This document shows positions 27,773-41,294 of a stretch of 64,000 nt of DNA, in pieces. The stretch covers positions 8,866,001-8,930,000 of the forward strand of contig NC_043005.1 in the NCBI RefSeq assembly GCF_006345805.1. Direction: 5' to 3'. The position numbers and the translations under genes were made by a program. The DNA comes from Octopus sinensis (lineage: Eukaryota). How positions within the stretch are numbered: position 1 is the first letter of the stretch; every line of letters begins with the position of its first letter. The notes beneath the pieces are model-generated. The model saw nothing but the letters and a program-made list of their open reading frames with translations, ran no database searches and was not told the DNA's origin.

Positions 27773-29648
27773 TAGCTTCTGATTCTCAAAGCTGGTTGTC
27801 TTGTACATCTCTAACCGAGTACCCGGCTCATTTGTGTCTTCTCCTCTCGTCAGCCAAATTTTCTCCCACACACAAAGTCCTGAACATTCCAATAAGTTTA
27901 GTCTCCAATCCTCAAAACACCGTCCGTATGGAAATATTACCTTCTCTGTCCATTCTTATCGTGCAACTGTCAACTTGCATCATTTGAAGAACATTAACAT
28001 CTCAATCTCACTGCTTTCACACAGCCTACGGCGTTAAACGTCACAAGACCAATAAATAAAATTCAATAATGAAACAACGGTAACTTTGTACATTCCTCCC
28101 CTTCTCAGAAGCTTGGCTGTTTATTACAACTTACAGAGGTAGATATTTAGATATCAATCTCTCAGTGTTATAGTTTAGTTTTTTCGCGTGATAAATAACT
28201 TTGAGTTTATTATTTTAGATGAATCATGATAGGAATTAATGAGATATTACATAGATTCACAGGGATGCTAATCTTTCGTAGATCTTAGCTATTATATAGA
28301 TTAAGATTTTAAGTATAATTTATCTGAAATTTCTCATTACTAGAAATAAATAGAGAATTATTCCTATTAGCTTCTCGTTTAACTTTCCAATTCAGCGTGG
28401 CACTAATGAGTATATATCACCAGATGGGATTAAGACTAAGTATACGAATGTTCAGCTGAAATATTATCTAGACGTTCGAATAAAATGAGATGTTTTAGAA
28501 TCAGATTTGATGGTTCTCTCATTTGAGTTATATAACTAATTTGAGATGTCGTAAAAGAAAATTTAAACGACGATAAAGTTTAATGATTGAGTTTTGAAAC
28601 TTCCCCAGACAGTCGGTATTCCGTTTAAATATTCCAAGATTGACGTTGTGACTAGTCATTAAGATATTTTCTAATGAATTGATATCAGAGCTATAGACGA
28701 TCGAATTAACAGACGATCGGTAACAGAGGGATGTTTTGCAGTAAAATAGGATATTCAGATAAAGGTTTTCAAAACGAAGAAAGGCAACGCTTTCGGTCAA
28801 GATTGAAATCAATCACTTCTGATTATTAAATGCGAGAGATAACAACGTTAAAGTATCCAAATACATCATGGGTTTGATCTGAGTATTATTCAATGTTTAT
28901 TCACTTGTGACGGTAGTGTGTGCCTTTTGAGGGACACACGCTTATTATTTCTAGTTGATGGATTCATCGCATGCACCAATTTCCTCGTTGAATCTAGTCA
29001 TATGAAGTTTCGTTGTAGAACACTTATGATATTCTTCTGCATATATCGATTGCCATACTCATTAAAGAGAATTCCAAAGTTTGACGCACCGAGTTAGATT
29101 TTATCGAGAATTTCTGCACCAAAGACATGTTTATGGCAGTTACGAAATCCCAGCCATTTTGGTGGGTGAGGAGATAAATCAATAACAAAGAATTGCAAAT
29201 TTCAATGATTGATTTGAAAAAAAAATTATTTTAACCAATCAGATCCGTTCATTCCCTAAAATGCCATCGTGATGATGTAGAAGAAGGCCATAGGTTTTGT
29301 TTTTGATTTTTTTCTGCTTTTGACATGCACTCAATGACACAAACACATACAAACACACACACACATACACACTACACTCACACAGGCACACACGCCAAGA
29401 ACATTTTGTTTTTCAAGAAATCAGTGATTGAATAATATAAAACATTTGAAAACAAAATATTTTATGAAAGTAAATGAAATAAAACAGTAACTTAATGTTT
29501 AAATTGAAAATTCAGTGACGCAGTGCAGACACTGGCCTTAACCCTAATTCCTAACACTAAAATTCAATCCTAGCCCCAGGCACTATATTTTCAGTCTAAA
29601 ATACAGTGAACGTATCTGATTCGGCAAAATTCCAAATAATAATAATAA

Positions 29649-30028
29649 TCTTTTCTTCTGTAAGCACAAGAATTCAAGTTTTGGGGGAGGAGACTTGTCG
29701 ATTACATCGATCTCAGTGTTTCACAGGTACTTAATTTGTCGACCCCGATAGGATGAAAGGCAAAATCGCCCTCCGTGGAATTTGAACTGAAAACGTAGCA
29801 GCAGACGGAATTACCTATTTCTTTACTACCCACAAAAAGCTAAACACAGAGAGAACAAACAAGGATAGACAAAGGGATTAAGTCGATTATATCGACCCCA
29901 GTGCGCAACTGGTATTTATTTAATCGACCCCGAAAGGATGAAAGGCAAAGTAGACCTCGGCGGAATTTGAACTCAGAACGTAGCGGCAGACGAAATACTG
30001 TTAAGCATTTCGTCCGGCATGCTACCGA
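29649..30028 (-). mobile_element. SINE family C tandem dimer
   Basis: Two head-to-tail units joined near 29815. Confidence 0.85.
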
Positions 30029-30160
30029 CGAAGAAGAAGAAGAAGAAGAAGAAGAAGAAGAAGAAGAAGAAGAAGAAGAAGAAGAAGAAGAAGAAGAGAA
30101 GAAGAAGAAGAAGAAGAAGAAGAAGAAGAAGAAGAAGAAGAAGAAGAAGAAGAAGAAGAA
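30029..30160. repeat. (GAA)n microsatellite
   Basis: Seen directly. Confidence 0.95.
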
Positions 30161-30184
30161 CGGCCACGAACTGGAGGGTCAACC

Positions 30185-30620
30185 TTAGGAATGAGCAAAG
30201 GACTCCGCTGTGCCACATCTGCAACAGAGTGGATGAAAGCATTGCTCATATCACAAACGAATGCCCTACACTTGCCCCAAACCCCTACAAGTTGTGGCGG
30301 CACGACCAGGTAGCGAAAATGCTACACTGGAAACGGTGCGAAAAGTGGGGGCTAGAGAGAGAGGTAAGACGCGGAATGAGCACAAACCGCAGAGAGTGGC
30401 GGAGTGGTAGACTAGCAAAATCCTCTGGGACACCCAATCCAAACAGATCAGTTACTAGAGCATAAAAGACCGGACCCTGAAGTGGTGGACAAGGTGCACC
30501 ACATACGCTATACAGTTCACGTTTATGGCCCTTTGACCCACGAATAGTCAAGAATGAAAGCGCCAAGATAGATAGATACAACGTTCTTAAGTACGAAATA
30601 TCCCGGCTATGTAAAATGAT
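30185..30620 (+). mobile_element. R4/Dong-type LINE C-terminus (CCHC plus restriction-like endonuclease), frameshifted
   Basis: LCHICNRVDESIAHITNECPTLA..YKLWRHDQVAKMLHW, then KILWD.PIQTDQLLEHKRPD and PFDPRIVK..KIDRY. Confidence 0.85.
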
Positions 30621-30699
30621 GAACATGAAGATAGGCCGCTACGCATGCAAGACTCCAGGAGCTCCAACAATGCCTGTGATAAAGAGAAAATAATAATGA

Positions 30700-31041
<342 letters not shown>

Positions 31042-31047
31042 GTAATA

Positions 31048-31262
31048 ATCTTTCCTACTCTAGGTACAAGGCTCGAAAAGTTGGGGGAGGGGGCCAGTCG
31101 TTTGATCGACCCCAGTACGCACGTGGTACTTAAATTCATTGACCCTGGAAGGATGAAAGGCAAAGTCGACTTCGGCATAATTTGAACTTAGGAACGTAGC
31201 GACGGGCCAAATACCGCTAAGCACTTCGTCCGGCGTGCTAACGATTCTGCCAAGTCGCCGCC

Positions 31263-31263
<1 letters not shown>
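31048..31263 (-). mobile_element. SINE family C
   Basis: Between (AAT)n tracts. Confidence 0.8.
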
Positions 31264-31340
<77 letters not shown>

Positions 31341-31431
31341 TCCCAAGGTTTAAAACAAACTTTTTTTAAAATTTATGTATTAGACGTTCACTAGTAGAAC
31401 ACAAAAAAACCCCAAATATATGGCACACTAG

Positions 31432-31545
31432 GCTTAACAACAACGTGAACTTCCAACCTGTTGTCTCTTGAGGTCTCTGGGTGAGACGTGGAGCCAACTT
31501 GCACAGACATAAAGCAAAAGTCAAACATAGAATAATAATAATAAT
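31432..31545 (+). mobile_element. Probable LINE 3' end with (AAT)n tail
   Basis: Homologous to 54200-54297 (tcttgaggtctctgggtgaga...). Confidence 0.55.
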
Positions 31546-32363
31546 TTAAATGTTAACAATGTCTTACATCTGTGTAAATAATTATCTTTAAAATCGTGTT
31601 CTGTGAATCGAACAAGAAGAAAATTATGAAAAACAGATAATAAGACAAAGAAATTAGTAAAATACGCAATACCAGCAATCGTCAATTACCCATTCATAAT
31701 GTAAAATTGTGATGCTTTTTCCCAAACAATATGTACTCGAATAAATTACAGTCAATTTATTCGAAGCCAATACTTGGCTTCGAGAAACGTTTCACTTTCC
31801 ATAATCTTTACAGGGAATCAATCTATTCTACTTTCGAATGTTTACGATATACTGTTCGGCTCATTAGACAGACGAATTTCTTTTTTATTTAAATGTAATT
31901 ATTCGAGCACCAGCCAGTTAAGTGCGATGCCTTCTCCGTTTTGTTAGTGAGGCTTTTCCTCCAAAGTCCCTAAATAAATATCTCACTGAGGTCCTATTAC
32001 AACTTTATTTCTTGCCTGATCTGATTTAATTGCCTGTAAATCCAACTTACTATATCCATATATTAAAATGTGTTGTATTTATTTAAGAATATAGTATTCG
32101 TTTAAACGTAAGTTACCCATAGATTACCTAAGTTCTGGTGAAATTATTCTCGAATTGGGGTTATCTTTTATAATCTCGTTTCTGTACATATAATTCTGCT
32201 AGTTGTTGCTGAGATTTGGTTATTCTAATAGAATAGAATCTAAGATTAAATGTAATTCGTTCGTTTATCATTCCGTCTTTTGTCTATATCAAGAGCAAGA
32301 TTGTTCGAAGCAAGCATCTTTATTCAAAACTTTCATGTAAATTTAGCTGTTACTTCTCGTTGA

Positions 32364-32399
<36 letters not shown>

Positions 32400-32407
32400 C
32401 GCTCTCC

Positions 32408-32474
<67 letters not shown>

Positions 32475-33739
32475 TTCTATCTTTCGTTAGTAATGATGTT
32501 AGCATTATTTATATTCATCTCAGATTGTGTAGCTATCACATCATTAATATTTTCCGCTGATAGCACATATTCCATTGTAGGTAACTAAATGGTCTTTCAA
32601 ATCTATTTATATAACGTATCTTATATATATATATATAACTAGACACATTCATACAATGTTGACGAATGTCATATTCTGCATGGCTATTTATTTATTCTAT
32701 TGACCAGTTTGTAAGCTTTGATACTGAACTGCAATTATAAAGTCTTCCGTTTTTCCCCCGGGTTGGCGTTTTTCAGTTGTTGACAGCTATGCTTGCTGAC
32801 ATAATCTGATGTCTTTCCATTTCTTGCAAATGTGATTGAAAGCTGGTTTCCTTTTCCTTTGAGGTTTTGCTTTCGTCTCGAAGTCAACGTTTGATGTACA
32901 TTCTTAAATCTTTTACTGTTCCTCTTATAAATGTGTATCGACGTGTGTGAATATGGCATCATTGTAGTGTTTTTTTCCAGCATCTTTTCTGAACACTTTA
33001 TGTTTGAACTTCTTTGCATACGTCTCACTACGTTTGGATATATAGTTTGTTTTGCTTTAAATGTGACTTTGTTTTGAACTAGAAATACAAACATCAAAGT
33101 ATTTCTACCTCTCACTTTATGCTTTAATACATTTTGGCTATTACTATACATGCTGCCAGGTTTACTTCCTTCCATGTGTTTATTTTATTTCATATAATGC
33201 ATTGTTTTCTATTATATTATATATATTTTAAAAAGAATATTTCGTTTCTACTCTAGGCACAAGGACCAAAATTTTAGGGAAGGGGGCCAGTCAATTAGAT
33301 CGACCCCAAATACCGCTAAGTATTTCGCTTGGCCTGCTTACGTTTCAACCATCTCGTCGTCCTTTAAAAGGAATACTTTAACCCGTATTTCAGTACTATT
33401 TATTTCGAGAGGGCAGCGGGCTGGATAAAATGCTTAGTGTCAATGCCATTCTGATGAATCTTTGGCATATGTGTTTTACTGTGGCCGCCAGTCGACCCGA
33501 GAACTGTGAGTTGCATCGTGTGGAAAAAGGATGTGTGAATGTCTATGGTATGAATTGCACCGTCAATCTAAAAGCACAGCCTTGCCACACAACTCTGTCG
33601 GGCCTGCTTAATAACTTGAAGATACGTAGTCTGATCAATAAATATCCGGACCGTTGCCATAGTAACGAAGCTTAAGCACACAGAGTAACGCCGCTTGCGA
33701 CAGATTGACCTTGAACTCTGCTGTGAATGTTCACGAAGT

Positions 33740-33970
33740 TTTGTTTACAGCAGTGCTTGGAAGGAAGGTGTGTAGTGTGTGATAGACACATTGACTATGA
33801 TAGAGAAAATTAAGCAATGAATCTGCATCAAAATTTTCCAAAAGTTTGGCAATAATTGCTCAGAAGCCTACGCAAAGTTTTCAAAAAGTTTTCATTGTTC
33901 TTGACACAATCAAGATCTTGTGCACAAACTTGGCAGACACGCGTCTCATACCCAAATATTCAGTATCAAA
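33740..33970. mobile_element. Rearranged mariner remnant
   Basis: Plus strand EKIKQ*ICIKIFQKFGNNCSEAYAK; minus strand EYLGMRRVSAKFVHKIL. Confidence 0.65.
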
Positions 33971-34210
33971 GCTTACAAACTGGTCAATAGAATAAACCTC
34001 GCCAAGTTAAATATTTAAACCACCTGGTGAATGACTGTAACTCGAAAAGTTAAAGAAATTTACAGCCATGAAACGATCGTAGTGTTATATTAATTATATT
34101 TTTTTAATAATTTTGTTATATATTTAAATAATATAAATTAAATAATCTTATGTATTGGCTTAAGTTTTTCATTGTATGATTTGCCTAATAGTGGTTTTAT
34201 CTCTAATTTA

Positions 34211-34262
<52 letters not shown>

Positions 34263-34794
34263 GCTATATACACACAAAATATATTTGCCAGGCCAGGTTC
34301 TTCAGTGGGAAGCCTTCGTAATCCTAGATGCACAAACTGTTAGAAGCACATGTAGATCTAACGGTTTGTATATCCTACCTTATCAAACCTCTGCGCAGAC
34401 GCAAACCATACCCGGTGAACAGAGAGGATGCCGGTAAAAGATTTACGAACAAATTTATCAAGCAATATTTAAACATAATCAAAGAGGGTAATAAAATAAA
34501 TTATTATTACCAGTGGCCTAGCACAAAAGACGAATTAGGCATTAGACTATATATTTTTCTTGAATTTATCCCTTTTTGTGTTTCTAGCACTACGCTTCCT
34601 TATCTGGAAGCCTTTTATTATATTTCTATACGAAAAATATATAGTCTAATGACTAATTCGTCTTTTGCACTAAGCCACTGGTAATAATAATTTATTTTAC
34701 TACCCTATTTGATTATGTTTATTATATATATATATATATGTGAAAAAACAAGTCAAAAATAGAAAATGCTAAGATAATTTTATAGTGAATCTTT

Positions 34795-34832
34795 CAGTAC
34801 CGGTTTCGGTCATTTTGAGACCTTTTCAACTG
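34795..34832 (-). ncRNA. Minimal hammerhead-like motif with U3-A8 core variant
   Basis: CAG-UUGAAAA-GGUC ucaaaau GACC-GAA-ACCGGU-A-CUG. Confidence 0.5.
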
Positions 34833-35011
34833 TAACGATTAAATAATTAAATTTAGAAAAATTAGAAGAAAAGTTTTTTTAAAAGGAATATTTCTATAGT
34901 AGTGTTCAGATATAAGTGGCATTCTGCCTTTCTCTGACTCCCTTGTTGCACTTGTGACCTCGAACACACTATATATATATATATATATATTATATATATT
35001 ATATATATAAT

Positions 35012-35055
<44 letters not shown>

Positions 35056-35058
35056 ATT

Positions 35059-35226
35059 ATGTGAAATAGAAAGATAATAATCTTGTAGTAGATTAATCAA
35101 CAGTTTAACCGATACCTTAGTAGCAAAAATCACAGCAGTAAACAGCACGGTTGGAGGTACAACCATCTGGCGTTGCAACCGTGCGTTGGTGCGGATAATT
35201 GAAATTAAAACATTCACCAATAATGT

Positions 35227-35260
<34 letters not shown>

Positions 35261-35476
35261 ATATTATATATATATATAATATATATATATATTATATATA
35301 TATATTATGTGAAATAGAAAGATGAATAATCTTGTAGTAGATTAATCAACAGTTTAACCGATACCTTAGTAGCAAAAATCACAGCAGTAAACAGCACGGT
35401 TGGAGGTACAACCATCTGGCGTTGCAACCGTGCGTTGGTGCGGATAATTGAAATTAAAACATTCACCAATATGTTA
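35059..35476. repeat. Direct duplication of a ~170-bp segment within (TA)n, period 248
   Basis: 35059-35228 nearly identical to 35307-35476. Confidence 0.92.
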
Positions 35477-35489
35477 TATATATATATAT

Positions 35490-35557
<68 letters not shown>

Positions 35558-36897
35558 GTATATATATATGTGTGCATGTGCATGTGTCACTATATTTGTG
35601 TGTGGTGGCGTATTGCTGTGCGTTTCTTTGGGAAAGCGTCATTGGTTTTTTGCATGAAGTTGAAAAGAACTGAAATCAAAGCTACACTGCAAACTGGAAC
35701 TACACCTGATTTTTAATCACTCGACATTGAATGTAGCTTTTCGCGCGTACCATGATTTTCCTCATTGTTTTAGATGCCTGTATATTCACAGGCAGAAAAA
35801 AGGATCTCTGTTTCTGCCTCTTTGACCAATGGAAACATCGAGGATATGACAGCTGTTGGAACAAAACACAGCACCAGCATACTGGCCGGCATATTTCAGT
35901 TTAGTAAAGTGGGATAACGTGAAATGAAGTGTCTTGAAATGACGCACTCTCAGTCCAGGAACTCGAACCATGATCTTAGGATCTGAGTCTAACCGCTAGG
36001 CTTCACATCTTCACAAGAAAAGAACAGATTTCATATGTGCTATTAATGCTACGAGTAATTCATAGAGATAAAAAAACGATGAAAGCTGCAAGAATGTAGC
36101 AGCCTCTTTGTTTTAGTTGCGGCTATTTTTATTTCATTTCTATCACCTATGTTTAAATGAACACTATTGTAAAAAGCGTGGCAGTGACGCGGCTTGAATA
36201 TTGTGATTCATGAATTTGAAACTCCTTTCTTGACGTGAAAAATCAATGAGTCCTTTGTGGATGACACTTAAAGGATCTTAGACCTCACTAAACTGACGCA
36301 GACTTCCTTGAACTTCTAAACAAACTGGAACAGCTTGTATTTGATTTGCCGAAAGTCCTCATAAGAAATAAAGATATAAAAATAAAGGAATTGAAATAAA
36401 TAAATAAGACAAAACTAATTCACAATAAACGTCAAACAAAATACCTATATCTGGACTAAACGTTTACAACTGCTTTGGGGGTCCGCTGCCACCAAAATTA
36501 AATACTTCCTTCCTGTTGGTTTTCTTTTAAACGTTCTCGTTTAGATTGAGTTCGTTCCGCTGTTCTGTTTGTTGAATGAAGCTTTGAACCTAACTGGCAA
36601 TAATCACGACCACCACGGCTACTGCCGCCACAGCCGTCGGTGACAGCCATATCAGTAAGAGAAACGGCAACAACAAAAGTCACTGCTGTAAATGCAGCAA
36701 CAACAATAACAACAACAACATCTAAAGCAGCAAACAAGGTCAGAAACATCGGGAAAGGGGAAAGAAGTAGAAGGAAAAGAAAAAAAAAAACTTCAATGAG
36801 AGGAACAACTATAGCAAAAACAGCAACAGCAACAACATCCAGAAGACGAAGAAGAAGGAGAAAAAGAAGAAGGCGAAGAAGTAGAAAGAAAAGAAGA

Positions 36898-37420
<523 letters not shown>

Positions 37421-37937
37421 TAGAGAAATAGAATTGCAACAACAACAAGAGTCAGAAAAAAAAAACGATAACCCCAACAGCAGCAACACCAAGAAAGCTA
37501 GAAAAGATCACAAGAAACAGGTGAAGGAAAAAATAATAATAATAATAAAAAATCTACTATTCCGTTATTTACCGGAAAACTGTGAATTTCGTCTGTTTGC
37601 TAATCTACTGTAAGCAACAATCTAAGATCAAACCATTTTTGCCGCCTCTCTCATGTCGTTTAACAATCTCTTTTCTTTTTACTTCACTGACGCCAAATTT
37701 TATAAATGTTTTGATTTGGGATACAGATTCATTCATCATCACTATCGAACACTATATATAATCTCGTTGTTGCTGTTCTGTTTGTGTCTGTTGATGGTGT
37801 TATCCGTCTGTCTTGATATATCTCTGCCGTCTCAGTTTTTCTTCTTCTTCTTCTTCTTCTTCTTCTTCTGAACGCTGGTCTCCATGTAATCAACTTAGAC
37901 CCTTCCCCAAAATTGCTGGCCTTCTACCAAACTTAGA

Positions 37938-38125
37938 AACCCTTCTTCTCCTCCTCCTCCTTCTTCTTCTTCTTCTTCTTCTTCTTCTTCTTCTTCTTCT
38001 TCTTCTTCTTCTTCTTCTCCTCCTTCTCCTGCTCCACCTTCTCCCCCTCCTCCTCGTCGTCGTTGTCGTCCTCCTCCTTCTTCTTCTCTTCCTCCTCCTC
38101 CTCCTCCTCCCTCTCCTCCTTCTTG
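37938..38125. repeat. (CTT)/(CCT) compound repeat
   Basis: Seen directly. Confidence 0.9.
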
Positions 38126-38407
38126 AACACCAACTACCACCGTTACGTTGTAGACGTTCGTATCTTATCTTAGTGATTTCTGTGACTTTTGAGTTGATCT
38201 GACTCTTATTTCTAGCAACACTGGCGCTGTTTAGCGCCCTTCTTTACTTCAGTGACGTATATATCTCTGCCTTTAAGTTGTAAAATTGCGAATTAGCCAT
38301 CCATATTATTTATAATTCTCACACTACCGTTTATGAAATCAGCATATAATTTCAACGAAGATATTATACGCTGACAAGGCGAGATGATTTCAACCCTAGG
38401 CGCGTCG

Positions 38408-38473
38408 AGAGCTGGTGATGAGCATTAACATGCATTAAGCATCAGAATGCGAAATCATCGGTGATCTAGCTCT
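38408..38473 (+). ncRNA. Type I hammerhead ribozyme with C3G core change
   Basis: AGAGCUG-GUGAUGA-GCAUU..AAUGC-GAA-AUCA ucgg UGAU-C-UAGCUCU: all three stems pair. Confidence 0.7.
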
Positions 38474-38954
38474 ATCTGCAACCGTAGGGGGCTTGTCTCC
38501 CTTCTCAGCTAATTAAGATAGTGATTATTGCTCTTGTCTACTTTAGTAACGTATACATTTCTGCCTCTAGGTTGTACAATTTCGAAATAGCCACCCATAC
38601 GATATATAAGTTAAAAATTGTCTAAAGTCGTAAGACGCCCGCTGTTTTTGTCCTGCTTACCATTCTTGTTTTTTATTTCTATTTTTTGTTTCTTGTATTT
38701 ATATTCGAGTGGCATCCTGTCTTTGTTTTGTATACATTCGATCCTCTTTCCAAGAAATCTAATGCCTGTGGCTTAGTTTTTCCTTGGGGTTGGCCGGTTC
38801 GGAGCGATATCGAGATTAAACAGCCGAAATTGCTAAGATGATCCGGTTCCGACTGAAGATTAGAGGCTTCGAGTTTTTTTTTGTGTCGTCTCTTTGTGTG
38901 TTTTTGCGTTCTTGCCCCACTTTGTAATTTATATTTTATATGTAATTTCTATAC

Positions 38955-38994
<40 letters not shown>

Positions 38995-39153
38995 GATCTA
39001 TTTCTAGGATACGGCCGACTACCTAGCAGTCTTGCCCTGCCAATATACACATATACTAGAATTTTCTCTGATTTCTCAGATTTTTTGTATGATAGACTAC
39101 TGGTTTTAAATTGATATTAAAATTATTATTAATTTATCTCCCTCATTATTTAA

Positions 39154-39213
<60 letters not shown>

Positions 39214-39273
39214 TGTGTGTGTGTGGTGTGTGTGTGTGCGTGTGGGTGTATATATGTATGTGTGTGTGTGTGT

Positions 39274-39375
39274 GGAGACACATGGCCTAGTGGTTAGAGC
39301 AGCGGACTCTCGGTCGGGGGATCGTGGTTTCGAATCTCAGACCGGGCGGTGTGCGTGTTTATGAGCGAAAAAACA
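39274..39375 (+). mobile_element. SINE family A 5' fragment
   Basis: tRNA-like head. Confidence 0.8.
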
Positions 39376-39409
39376 CTTGAGCACAACGTCCAGTAATAAT
39401 ACTTCTAAG

Positions 39410-39630
39410 GTGGCTAACTAGCAGAAACGTTATCATGGCGGGCGAAATGCTTAGTGCAATTTCATCCGTCATCGCGGTCTGAGTTCAAATTCCACCATGG
39501 TCGATTTTACCTTTGATCTTTTCATAGTTGAAAAAAATAATTACCAGTTGAGCACTGGTATCAGTGTAATCGACTTAGGTCCTCCCCTCCCAAATAGCTG
39601 GCTTTGCACCAAAATTTGAAATCGATATTC
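39410..39630 (+). mobile_element. SINE family C, diverged
   Basis: gcagaaacgtt...gagttcaaattcc...ttgcaccaaaatttg. Confidence 0.7.
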
Positions 39631-39713
39631 ATACTGCATCTGTTATGATGATTAACTATGTGTATGTATGTGTGTGTGTATATATATATATATATATTAT
39701 ATATATATAGATA

Positions 39714-40483
39714 GATTTTTACCCTTTGAACGGCAGATCGAGAAATTAATTTTTTGTAACTGACACTGGTAGAATGTGTCATATAAAACATCTTTTACTC
39801 TTAGTGTTGTGGAGAAAAGTTTGTATTTTCAAAGTTATTTCGTGTTAAAGTAGTCATATTTTGGTAATTTCAACCAATTAATGACGTGTATTCAACCGAA
39901 AAAAATTACGTTTGTATGAATAAAAGAGTGTATCTGAAGCATGTTTATTTCATGGCACCACCATAATCGTTCGTGCATTTTTACTACTTTTAGTTCTTTT
40001 CCTGTTTTACAGCTACTATTTTCGGAAAGACATTTTGCCCCCTCCCCCTCGAATTTCTTCCTTTTTCACTTTTTCCCTAACTCAAGCCCTAACCCTAACC
40101 CTAACTCTTAAACCCCAACCCTAAAATCCTAACCCTAACCCTAACTCTAAAACTCTAACGCTAGCTCTAACTCTAACCCTAAAACTATAAAGCTAAAACC
40201 AGTACAAACGCACTAACGATGTCATAAATAATAGTGACAAACGAAATATACACCGCCGATAGTTGTTGTTGACAAACAACGGCAGTAATTTTATTCAGCT
40301 GAACGCGCGTCATTGATTGGTTGAAATTACCAAAATACAAGAACTTTAACACGAAATAACTTTCCCAACAACACTAAGAGTAAAAGTTATTTTAAATGAC
40401 ACATTTTACCTGTGACTGAACTTTGAAAGTGCTTAGTTACAAAAAATTAATTTCTCTGTGTGCCGTTCAAAGGGAAAAGATCC
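39714..40483. mobile_element. MITE with long (~190-bp) imperfect TIRs and internal (CCCTAA)n-like tract
   Basis: gatttttaccctttgaacggca... versus ...tgccgttcaaagggaaaagatcc; telomere-like run 40085-40195. Confidence 0.85.
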
Positions 40484-40526
40484 ATTTTTATAAAATTACT
40501 TTAGCATTTTCTATCTTGACTCTTTT

Positions 40527-40605
<79 letters not shown>

Positions 40606-40818
40606 TCAATTAAGGGTAGCAAAAAATTCAGTAAAAATTTATCGCTACCAGCGGCCTGGTGGAAAAGAGAAAATAGTCAAAGACTAAATATATAATATAA
40701 CAATTTAGGAATGGCCTAACAGGCCATTCGTCCACCAGAAAGAGCAGTCAGAACTCCAACCGCCAAGTAGTGTAATTCGGAAATAAGGTGAAAATTTAAA
40801 AACATTTACCCTATTCAT

Positions 40819-40917
40819 CTTTTATACGATGCATCGTTTCAGTGTCTTTAATGATAGACCAGCTTAATTAAATTAAATTAAGCTAGTCTACCATAGGTCA
40901 CACTTCATCAGTAAAAG
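40819..40917 (-). ncRNA. Type I hammerhead ribozyme, unit 1
   Basis: CUUUUA-CUGAUGA-AGUGU[long hairpin]ACACU-GAA-ACGAUGCAUCGU-A-UAAAAG; cleavage predicted after 40825. Confidence 0.88.
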
Positions 40918-41294
40918 AAACCTGGGAGAGAGGATATACACGAGGCGAGGCGACTGTATCAATGCCTCGGGAATATCTGTCTTAAAATTTTCAAGACCAA
41001 CGCATTCGCGCCAAACTTATCGGCAGCAAATATAAACTGCCGATTCAATCTCAGAATTAGTCAGAAAAATATCAATTAATCAATTAAGGGTAGCAAAAAA
41101 TTCAGTAAAAATTTATCGCTACCAGCGGCCTGGTGGAAAAGAGAAAATAGTCAAAGACTAAATATATAAATATAACAATTTAGGAATGGCCTAAACAGGC
41201 CATTCGTCCACCAGAAAGAGCAGCCAGAACTCCAACGCCAAGTAGTGTAATTCGGAAATAAGGTGAAAATTTAAAAACATTTACCCTAATTCAT

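Noticed and set aside
32735-33175. 146-aa minus-strand ORF
   Set aside because: No recognisable motif; AT-rich chance ORF is plausible
40085-40195. True telomere or chromosome fusion site
   Set aside because: Short degenerate run inside MITE TIRs
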